20,000 bases of DNA from Chiloscyllium plagiosum. Lineage: Eukaryota. Every line of letters begins with the position of its first letter. The first letter of the stretch is position 1. The position numbers were made by a program, and so were the translations under genes. Below are positions 10,866-20,000 of this stretch, one piece after another. The stretch covers positions 17,962,546 through 17,982,545 of the forward strand of contig NC_057720.1 of the NCBI RefSeq assembly GCF_004010195.1, given 5' to 3'. A model generated the notes under the pieces. That model had not been told where the DNA came from. It did no database searches and saw nothing but the letters and a program-made list of their open reading frames with translations.

Positions 10866-11140
10866 TTTTTTTATTCATCCACAGGATGAGGGCATTGCTG
10901 ACTAGGCCAGCATTTATTGCCCACCCCTAATTGTTGAGAGTCAACCACATTTCTGTGAGTCTGGGGTCACACGTAGACCAGACTAGGTAAGGATGACAGT
11001 TTCCTGAAGGACATTAGTAAACCAGATGGTTTTTTCCTGGCAACCAACAATGGATTCATGGTCATCATTAGGCTATTAATTCCAGATATTTGTTGAATTC
11101 AAATTCCACCATCTGCCATGGCAGAATTCGAACCCTGGCC
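10866..11140 (-). mobile_element. SINE, SacSINE1/Deu-SINE-like
   Basis: Minus-strand B box GGTTCGAATTC, then GGCAGATGGTGGAATTTGAATTCAA and a central domain. Its 3' tail (GGGCAATAAATGCTGGCC...) is shared with the LINE at 5121-5995. Confidence 0.75.
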
Positions 11141-12972
11141 AGAGATTTGTCTGCCACACTAATTATATAATAGTTCAATGCAAAATCATTAAGGGATTTT
11201 CATTCAGCTCTGAAATCTAACCATAACCTCCTGAAGAGTTTTGCGTAGATTAGAGATTCCGATTGTTATTTGATCTGTTGTATATATGTATCTGTTATAT
11301 GCATTTTATTTTCAATGTTTTTGATTTGGCCTTAGATTTATTGTGATGCTAAGCAGTTGAGTTTTTCTTTGTTGTGCTGTAATAATGTGACTGAAGGAAG
11401 GTCCTGAGTTAAGGGTCGCTTGATACCACATTTTGACAGAAACAAGCCGGAGCCCGATTAAAGCATTACGTTCAGGCACAAAAAAAATCGCCTCATTCAA
11501 AGCCTTTCCAACCGTCATTATAACTCTTAAGTTAGCATCATTTTCTTGCCACTCGGCTTGAAGAAAAATAGGAACTCAAGAAGAAATGTCCAAACGAATG
11601 CAGTAATTTTATAATCCTTTCCAAATCAGGAGCAATGTGTTACATTGAACAGACTACATTAAACTGTAATTCTAGATTGCGAAAAATTACACATTGTATT
11701 ACAACACACCGCAACACACAGAAATGTAACAAATATTTTAATCTTTGAATTACTTTTCCTCCGTAACAACAGTCACTCACTTCAAAGTGTGTCTCTGTTG
11801 TCTAGCCCACAAACATGTCTCTGGGAGAACTGATAAACGGCATATAAACGCAAGAATGTATTTGCAATGAAATAGACTTTAGTATTGAAATGAAAGTGGA
11901 CGTGGCTCTCTCAGGTTTATTGCCGCTTGGGCAGTTCGATGGGTAAATATTCGATTCACAGAACAACTGAGTTTAAATATTTGATTTGTACCAGATGTGG
12001 CGCGCGTGGGGTTTGGAAATATTGTATGAAGGAGAAATTTAAGATATGAAGATACACATTGGGCGGCGCAATGAGGTTATTGCCTCAGGCACACAGTGTG
12101 TTAAATATATGCTGCTTGATCTGATTTAGGGGCTGTATTCTGCGTGAGCTGTTTTATTAAGTAGCTTGTTACTTTGGACTTCAAAGTTACAAACAGGCCT
12201 TAGCTACCGCTACATATGAAATGACTCGAGTAAGGGAACATTCTCCTGTGCCACATGGTTACGTCAGAGTTTTCGACGCCTGCGTGAAATTAAGAAATCA
12301 ATCAAACGAAATTCACTTTAAATGTCTGAATCCTGATATCCGTGCACACTTGATATGTAATTTAATCAACACTGACAAACTGAAAGTATCTCTAAACCGG
12401 CTGAAAGGTTTGTCTTTCCATGAAAGAGTCCTGCGTTTCCACTTTGGTTCATTGAGTTCTGACTCACCAAATGGCTAGCTAGAGGTGTTATTAAAAATTT
12501 AAAAACCTCAACAAAGGTGTGCTCAACTTCTCCTCTTACACAGTGTATTCTTACTCCAGCATACAAAAGGTACGACCTCTAGCTCATCAATAATGTGACA
12601 TGTTATATGCATAATGCATTTTTAATAGGGCTCCAGTGACCACGTTAAGAAATATATTTATAATCTTCAAATTTCGCAAGATGATCAGCGTCGATAGCAC
12701 CCCCTGTTAGTTGTAGAATGTTGGCTTGTTACCAGACAATTGAAAAGTTTAAAACGTGCATTGATGTGCCTCGTGAATTGATTGCAATGGGTCATTCATT
12801 CGATGCCCTTTTTGATTATAAAATAAAACCAAAAACAATTTACCAATAATTTCTCAACAATCCTAAATGTTTCCTATTAAAATCCACTTGGTTCTTGCAT
12901 GGGAAAATTGAGTGTGTTTTGAAAGGCAACAGTTACAAATAGAAGACTACAAATTTTACCAAAATGTTTCGA

Positions 12973-12978
12973 TTTATT
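12973..12978 (-). promoter_or_regulatory. Candidate polyadenylation signal (AATAAA)
   Basis: On the minus strand AATAAA is preceded by ATTTATTTA (13007-12999) and followed by U/GU-rich sequence (TTTGTAGTCTTCTATTTGT). Confidence 0.5.
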
Positions 12979-13389
12979 TCATAGTTTGGTTTTGTGAATA
13001 AATAAATTCGAATAGATTATAATAGCACACTCTCATTGAAGTTTGCACAGGAAAATACAAACATTGAAATATAGTTTGAGCGTCCGACCATTTGGTACTC
13101 GCACTCAGAAAATAACCAGCTTCGCTCACGTTTTATTCTGTTCACTCATGGGGGGCGGGGAGGGGGAGCGGTTGAACAGGCATCAATCTGTGTCTAACCT
13201 GCATCCGATTGCTATCCGTAAACTTATAACACCGCCCAGGGTCTGGCCGCTACACCAACCCTGTCCCTCAGTACACTTTGTACAATTTAAGGATCTTCGC
13301 CTACAGAAAGACAATGAAGCGTCCTCTCGTTCTGTATTCATCGTTAAAACCTACGTTTCTGACACTATAACGGACGGGCCCAATTTTAA

Positions 13390-13481
13390 GAGGTAAAAAC
13401 AATGACTGCAGATGCTGGACATCAGATTCTGGATTAGTGATGATGGAAGCGCACAGCAGTTCAGGCAGCATCCGAGGAGCA
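13390..13481. mobile_element. 92-bp Penelope terminal-repeat fragment with 14-bp target-site duplication, in the probable GFI1 3' UTR
   Basis: actgcagatgctgga...cagcagttcaggcagcatccgaggagca is flanked by perfect GGGCCCAATTTTAA repeats at 13376-13389 and 13482-13495. Confidence 0.85.
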
Positions 13482-14356
13482 GGGCCCAATTTTAACCTTG
13501 TGTCAACGCATGAATGTTGAATGAAATCTTGCCTTGTTACCACCTCCCCATTGGACCCCACCATTCGCTCACGAACAAGACACAAAAATACATTCTTAGG
13601 GAGCGGGAGAAAGGTTTATCCCAATAACTTGTTTCATTCCATGTCCCCTCTCGAACATCAATTGAGTTGAGCTCTGTCATTTTCATCTCCTGAGAAAGGA
13701 CAACCATTGAGAGACAATAGTAACTGCGGTGTTGGATTTGATGAGGCTTTGTCTTTAGGTTGTAAGAGACCTGGTGGCTGGGGGGACGGGGTCCAGTTCT
13801 GATTTTATTGCCTCTGGCAGGGAGTCAAATTGTAAGAGTTTTGCTTTACAGGGTTGGGATTTTTACCATCAGCAAACAAGCGACTGAAACGCGCCCATTT
13901 GTATGGTCTATCAATAAACACACCATATCACCCAGGCATTAAGCCGAGTCAATTTTGTCATGAATTACAAATTGATTTATAAAATAACTTCTCTCGCTCC
14001 TTTTCTTCCATAAAGGAGATGACGGTTTGAACAATTAATTTCGTGAATTCACACATTTCAGCTTTTAACGTGTGTCGAACGGGATTTTTTTTGTTTAAGA
14101 ACGTTAAATTGGGAACGGGACTATGTAAGATTTACCGAGGCGATGTAAGATTAGCCTTGAGCTGCCTGAAGTGTTTATAAAACAAGAGACAACGCCTCGA
14201 ACACACGGAGAAGTCCATCTGGTCCTCAGTTTGCCCCTACTCCAATCTCCAGCCTGCACTGAGCACATGAACACGCTGTGGGTCATCTCGGCCGGGCTGA
14301 GGAGCTGCTACCTGCCTCACTACAACGATCCTTCCTCTCCACCGTTTACCCGCCGC

Positions 14357-14760
<404 letters not shown>

Positions 14761-14911
14761 TCTGGTGCAACATTACTTCAGAATCGCAGGGCTTTCCCCA
14801 ACATGCACGGATTAACGTTTCCCCTTATTTATAGAAATATATTTTTTAGATCAGTGATATGATTCATAGGGGGAAATCAGTCTTGAACATAGAGCCAGCC
14901 ACATATATCTC

Positions 14912-15043
14912 AACCACTGAAAGTGCTGGAGAAACTCAACAGGTCTGGCAGCATCTTTGGAGAGACAGGAAGACTTTTCAGAACTATTCCTCCAGCATTC
15001 TCTGTGTTTATTTGAGTTCCAGCGTCCGTAGTATTTTGCCTTT
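14912..15043. mobile_element. Internally deleted palindromic Penelope terminal-repeat element
   Basis: tgctggagaaactcaacaggtctggcagcatct...ttcagaact, followed by an inverted tccagcatt...ttccagcgtccgtagtattttg. Confidence 0.7.
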
Positions 15044-15489
15044 AAGCGCGTTGATAGGTCTCCATACATTTAGATAATCGTTAGAAATCTAAGCACTTCT
15101 TTAAACGAAACAAACTCTTGCATAGCGAAATTAAAAGGCAGCTTAACACAATCTCGTTCCACGTTGTGCATTTGATGACCCTTTCCCCACACAACGCGGT
15201 CCACCTTGTTTGAATTTTATTGGCTATACAATAGAAACCCCGTTGAAGGTGGGTACAACATATCCAATGTACTGGATAGAAAGGTTGAATAATGCATGAC
15301 CCAGTAAGAGGAAAGAGTGATCTGCCATTGAAATTACTTAAACGAAAAGAAAGGATGTGAAACGTTAATCTGAAACCCATTAAACACAGGATTATTTTTG
15401 GTTTTTTTTGTTTTCAGGTTTTTTCGATTTTTCGAGCAAGTTGCTGCAGAGTAAGTTTTCCTCGGTGTAAGTGAACCCCAGGTAACCAT

Positions 15490-15713
15490 GGGCGAAAGTG
15501 AGGACTGCAGATGCTGGAGATCAGAGTCAAGATTAGAGTGGTGCTGTAAAAGCAGAGCAGGTCAGGCAGCATCTGAGGAGCAGGAGAGTCGACGTTTCGG
15601 GCAAAAGCCCTTCAATCAGGAATGAGTCCGGCCTTTGCCCGAAACGTCGATTTTCCTGCTCCTCGGATGCTGCCTGACCTGCTGTGCTTTTCCAGCACCA
15701 CTCTAATCTAGAC
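15490..15713. mobile_element. Palindromic Penelope terminal-repeat element with hammerhead-like core
   Basis: 80-bp inverted arms 15530-15609 and 15630-15709 with 6 mismatches, and a 20-bp loop. Confidence 0.85.
15587..15623 (-). ncRNA. Minimal type-I hammerhead ribozyme-like motif (core has a 1-nt insertion)
   Basis: AUUC-CUGAUUGA-A-GGGC-UUUU-GCCC-GAAAC-GUC-GACU. This gives a core box, a 4-bp stem II, GAAA, a minimal stem III and a GUC cleavage triplet. Confidence 0.6.
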
Positions 15714-16001
15714 CCAGTGAGGGCTGGATTTCTTGTGTGAGACCAGCACCATCCTGCATGCTACAGTGAGGAAAATACGGTGCAAACTCACAAAAATAAA
15801 GATCAGTGTGGTCTGAAAGTGGTCTCGTTCTGGCTTAAATAGTGCAGAATTCGTGCAAAAATAGCGCAGGGAGTACGTGATCACCTTCCCCTCTGTAGTC
15901 TGGTCAGGACAGAACTTTAGCTAAATAGGACAACATTGACAGCGAGCTGCTCGAGCTTCGCCGCCTGACCTGAATGTTTACTTTGAGCGGACTGACCATA
16001 A

Positions 16002-16365
16002 AGATACAATACTGCAGATGCTAGAAATCTTAATAGATACTGGAGAAACTCAGCAGGTCTGGCAGCATCCGTGCGGAGAGAAATAGAGTTCACGTTCCCA
16101 GTCCAGAACTGAATAAGAGTCTTATTAGAACATAGAACATAGAACAATACAGCACAGAACAGGCCCTTCGGCCCACGATGTTGTGCCGAACATTTGTCCT
16201 AGCTTAAGCACCCATCCATGTACCTATCCAATTGTCCTTCGCCGTTCCAATGAGAAAAGGCCGAGCACTCTCAACCTATCCTCGTACGACCTATTCTCCC
16301 ACAGAATCGAAACATTAACTGCTGAGACCTACTGCGTTTCACCAACATTCTCTATGTTTGTGAAT
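16002..16365. mobile_element. Palindromic Penelope terminal-repeat element split by a CR1 tail
   Basis: The left arm 16002-16102 and centre agaactgaataagagtc resume after the CR1 as gaatcgaaacattaact..gacctactgcgtttcaccaacattctct. Confidence 0.7.
16125..16298 (-). mobile_element. CR1 3' end with (TTCTATG)n tail and an internal deletion
   Basis: tagaacatagaacatagaac...aggcccttcggcccac...gtacctatccaa joined to tccaatgagaaaag...ctcaacctatcctcgta. Confidence 0.85.
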
Positions 16366-16431
16366 TTTTTTAAAAAACCATGCGTTTATTCCGAAACAGA
16401 CTAACTCGACCATTGCACGTTTTACATTGGC

Positions 16432-16531
16432 AACAAAACCATAAGTTGCTGGAAAAGCTCAGCAGGTCTGGCAGCATCTGTGGAGAGAAATCAGAGTTAA
16501 CGTTTCGGGTCCATTCACCTTTCCACAGAAC
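16432..16531 (-). mobile_element. Penelope terminal-repeat fragment with mutated hammerhead-like core
   Basis: Minus strand GUU-CUGUGGA-A-AGGU-GAAUGG-ACCC-GAAAC-GUU-AAC followed by TCTGATTTCTCTCCACAGATGCTGCCAGACCTGCTGAG. Confidence 0.75.
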
Positions 16532-16649
16532 ACATTAGCTATGACCTTCCCTATAAAGTTATTATATTTCTTGCTAAACAGTCCCCTCACTCCAACACTT
16601 AAAATCCTGTCACTACTGATCCCCATTCGTTGCCCTTTATCATTTGTTT

Positions 16650-16750
16650 AGATACAATATTGCAGATGCTAGAAATCTTAACAGATACTGGAGAAACTCA
16701 GCAGGTCTGGCAGCATCCGTGCGGAGAGAAACAGAGTGCACGTTCCCAGT
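16650..16750 (+). repeat. 101-bp direct duplicate of 16002-16102
   Basis: 4 substitutions in 101 bp and no indels. Confidence 0.9.
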
Positions 16751-17410
16751 TTTATTTTAGGAGGATATATCATTGAGTGAACTGTGAGAAATGACTGGCT
16801 GCAGGTTGTACCAACAGCCCACGCAAGCTCCTGACAGACATTTCCAACCGTGTTGTTTAATGGAAATCCAGCTCCTTTCCCTCGGTTGCCGTGTTTTATG
16901 TACAGCCTGCTGTTGTCGCCTCAACCCAGACATGGCAGGCGATTTGAGAAACTAGCTCAGCCCACCACGGTCAAAGTGTGATTCACCTGTCATTTTCGCT
17001 GGTGGTGAAATCAAGGCCAGGCTAATAATATCATGTATTCATCTTACAGCAGAGCCGCTCTGAACAAACAGCGGACGGATCATATTAAACTACACTGATT
17101 GGATTGCCACGATTAAATTATTAAACAGATGCCATTGATGAAATCATTGCCAAATGCCGTTTCTTTCATCAGGCATTGTTCACAAAAGAGATGCAATATT
17201 GCACTGGCATTGGGTTGCAGTGCAAACTAGGGAGAATGGATCGCACACAACAGCCAGACGGGAAATTGGACTTTAGTGAATGCTAGTTTCAAAATCAAAC
17301 ACTCGAAAGGCTTCTTCACGCAAAGCTTCTGTATGCAACGATGTAAATATTCAGCAAGCTAAGCAGCGTCTGTGAAGAGAGAAAGAGCGTGGGTTCACTC
17401 CTCAGGAAGG

Positions 17411-18007
17411 TGCTGGGTAGCAATGTCATCAGGCTCGCAATCTAGAGATCCAGACTAATATTCTGTATATGCGGGGGCGCGGGGAACACTGCTTATAATA
17501 AACATAAAGCTAATTATTAGTGTTGAACACTATGTAATCATACAAAGGTATAAGGTATGAGATGAGAAAAAGATTCTTCACCAAGAGGGCTTGTGGAATT
17601 CTCTGCCACAAAAAGCAGTTCAGGCCAAAACATTGAATCTTTATAAGAAGGAAGTGGACATAGTTCTTTGGGCTAAAGGGATCAAAAGGTATAGGGGAGC
17701 AAATGGGAACTGGGCACTGAGTTGGATGATCATCCTATTGAATGGTGGAGCAGGCCCAAAGGCTGAAAGGTCTACTTCTGTTCTTAATTTCTATTCAACA
17801 ACAGTTGATTGTAATAAAAGCTCAGCTGTTTTACTAATACCCTCCAGAGAGGAACATCTGATGCCCTTAATTAGTTTGGTCTTTATGTGACCCATAGCAA
17901 TGTGGTTAACTCTGAACAGCCCGATGAAATGGCCTGACTAGACACTCGATACAAAGATGGGCAACAAATGCAGCTCTTGCCAGCAATGCCTACATCCCAT
18001 GAATGAG
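17411..18007 (+). mobile_element. Old SacSINE1/Deu-like SINE interrupted by a CR1 3' fragment
   Basis: The head at about 17411-17540 and the body and tail at about 17800-18007 (agcaatgtggttaactct...gatgggcaacaaatgc...gccagcaatgcctacatcccatgaatga) resemble the reverse complement of 10866-11140. Confidence 0.65.
17545..17797 (+). mobile_element. CR1 LINE 3' end
   Basis: EMRKRFFTKR..WNSLPQKAVQAKTLNLYKKEVD followed by a 3' UTR gaatggtggagcaggc...ggctgaa.ggtctact. Confidence 0.85.
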
Positions 18008-18017
18008 GTCAAGGAGT

Positions 18018-18080
18018 GTTCATCAGAACTGAAACCTTCTGTTTCTCTCTCCACTGATGCTGCCAGACCTGTATTTCCAA
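18018..18080. mobile_element. Short Penelope terminal-repeat fragment
   Basis: ttcatcagaactgaa...tctgtttctctctccactgatgctgccagacctg. Confidence 0.6.
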
Positions 18081-18367
18081 TGGTACTTTACCTTGTACGC
18101 ATGGAAGCATGGAGCTGTCTTTGTCTCAAAAAAGCAGCTAAGACCAGAGATGATTTGAAAATTTCAAATATCCATTTAATTATTTTTAGGCAAGGATAAG
18201 GAACCAATGTGGTGGGGGACAGGCGAACAATGGTCCAATTATATTGCAGAACAGGCTAGTATTGAATCACCTATTTCTGTCTCTATCTGAAAAGAGAGCA
18301 TCAAGTCAGAACCATTCTGAAGAAGGTGAATGTGAATTGAATGTCCAGACTGATAAGAAAGTTACTA

Positions 18368-18601
<234 letters not shown>

Positions 18602-19159
18602 CTAATGAAACAAATAAAAGTGCAATATGGAATTAAAAAAATAATGTTTCACTTTGTCACTCTGAAAAAGATATATATTGTACAATATATGTTTAAGTGA
18701 TAGCTGATTAAGGGTACAGTTACAACTTTAATTTAGGAAGAAAATTTCTAAGTTCTAAACAGTTAGAATATAAGATATAAAGCAGGAGTTGGCCCATTCA
18801 ATCAAATCACAGCTAAGTGTCTCCACCGGAGCGTTCCAAATGGAGGGGAGTGGAGATTTGGATCTCAAAATCTGAGGTTGTGACAATTGTGTTGGAACTG
18901 AGAAGGAATAGTAACAACAAATAAGTTCCTTTCAGTTCTCATTTTTCTTTCCATTGGAAGGTATGGAACAATGGAAGATCTTTGAGGCTCCATTGCTACT
19001 GCAATAAAACTAGCTCTCTCATCCGACTCCCTCCTGCAACAACCCTGCAATTCTCAGCAATTGAAGTTTCCCTCCCTTCTCTACTCTAGAGTCACATTAA
19101 AAGGAGCAACACCAGGAAAAAGGAAGCACTGCGCTAGTTTAGCTTAATTTTTGTGCCTT

Positions 19160-19975
19160 ATCATGATAACCCTTTGTGTTTATCCATTTCAGGTTTAAAT
19201 AAACACATGGATGGATCTGCCACAGTCTTAAAAATAGGAAATACCAGATTCACAAACCAATGAAAGAAGGAACCTCTCCTCATTTCAGTCCTAAGTGGTA
19301 GACAGCTTATTCTGAAACTATAACCCATCTGGAATTTTTCCAACCAAGAAAAAGAGTCTCAGCATCTACCCAATTAGACTCTCTAAGAATTATACGTTTC
19401 AATGCGATCACCTCTCATTCTTCTAATGTCTAGATATATGTGCCTGTTCTACTCAATCTCTCTTCATGGGACAAGCTTCTGGTTCCAGAAATCAGTCTTG
19501 TGAACTTTTAATGCCCCTACTTTAAGTCAATCCATCCCTCCTTAAGTAAGAAATCAAATGTGTACAGTACTCCAAGCACAATTTCAGCAAAGCTCTATAA
19601 ACAACAGCAAGACTTTCTCCAATACCCTACTCTATAAGAAAGGTGGAATATTCTGAATTGCTTGCTGTGTTGACATGTTAACTTTCCCTCATTCATATAT
19701 GATAAACCCAACTCCATTTGAATACCACATTTAAAAATCTCTTGCTTCAGTAAATGAATCTGCTTTTTCATTCTTCAGAATGAAGTGGATAATTTCATAC
19801 TTTCCCACATTCCATTCTATCTGCTACCTTCTTATACACTGAGTTGATCAATCTATATCTATTTGCAATCTCTTCATACCTTACCCTCACGCTCAGCTTT
19901 GTATAATCAGAAAACTTGAAAAAAAATACATTTGGCCCTTCATCTAAGTTATTGATATTGATCGTAAATGGCTGA
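19160..19975 (-). mobile_element. Old CR1 LINE 3' portion in the upstream GFI1 intron
   Basis: GYSFRISCLPLRTEMRRGSFFHWFVNL, plus remnants of RRMRGD.IETY.IL and LEYC.HI, with many stops. Confidence 0.8.
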
Positions 19976-20000
19976 GCTGAAAATGTGTTGCTGGAAAAGC
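19975..20000. mobile_element. Start of another Penelope terminal-repeat element (truncated by window end)
   Basis: gagctgaaaatgtgttgctggaaaagc matches the gttgctggaaaagc arm at 16445. Confidence 0.5.

Larger units (their letters stand above)
12955..14356 (-). other. GFI1: Probable GFI1 3' UTR
   Basis: Follows the stop codon. Minus-strand AATAAA occurs at 13809-13804, 13137-13132 and 12978-12973. The distal end is inferred. Confidence 0.55.

Noticed and set aside
14912..16750. CRISPR-like or regularly spaced repeat array
   Set aside because: Spacing is irregular, copies are diverged and in mixed orientation, and the context is eukaryotic. These are dispersed retroelement fragments.
18804..18813. 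GFI1 consensus-like site AAATCACAGC (possible autoregulation)
   Set aside because: It is a single short match inside a decayed CR1 tail remnant (about 18765-18815), so it is probably chance.

Overview
Vertebrate nuclear DNA, most likely from a shark or other cartilaginous fish (inferred from the repeat families: HE1-like V-SINE, SacSINE/Deu-like SINE, CR1, Penelope-like). The only host coding sequence I can support is the 3' end of GFI1 on the minus strand. Its penultimate coding exon (18601-18436) encodes zinc fingers 3-4 and its last coding exon (14535-14357) encodes zinc fingers 5-6 and the stop. They are separated by a 3.9-kb GT-AG intron, and a probable 3' UTR of about 1.4 kb follows. 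The rest is mostly decayed, often nested retroelements (CR1, a CR1/L2-group LINE, a Tx1-like L1, a Gypsy integrase relic, Penelope-like elements, SINEs), two largely repeat-free blocks, and a 372-nt assembly gap. I found no prokaryote-type or clearly new protein-coding system. The most interesting signals are: (1) a dense family of short Penelope-terminal-repeat elements, often palindromic, carrying minimal hammerhead-ribozyme-like cores, several inside the GFI1 transcript; (2) a 245-bp inverted Penelope ORF duplication; (3) a twice-repeated unit of Tx1 3' end plus the same LTR-like segment; (4) a SINE tail that coincides with the predicted GFI1 branch point; (5) an AT-rich but CpG-retaining domain over the GFI1 3' end. 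Repeat family names come from recalled motifs, not database searches, and repeat boundaries are approximate.
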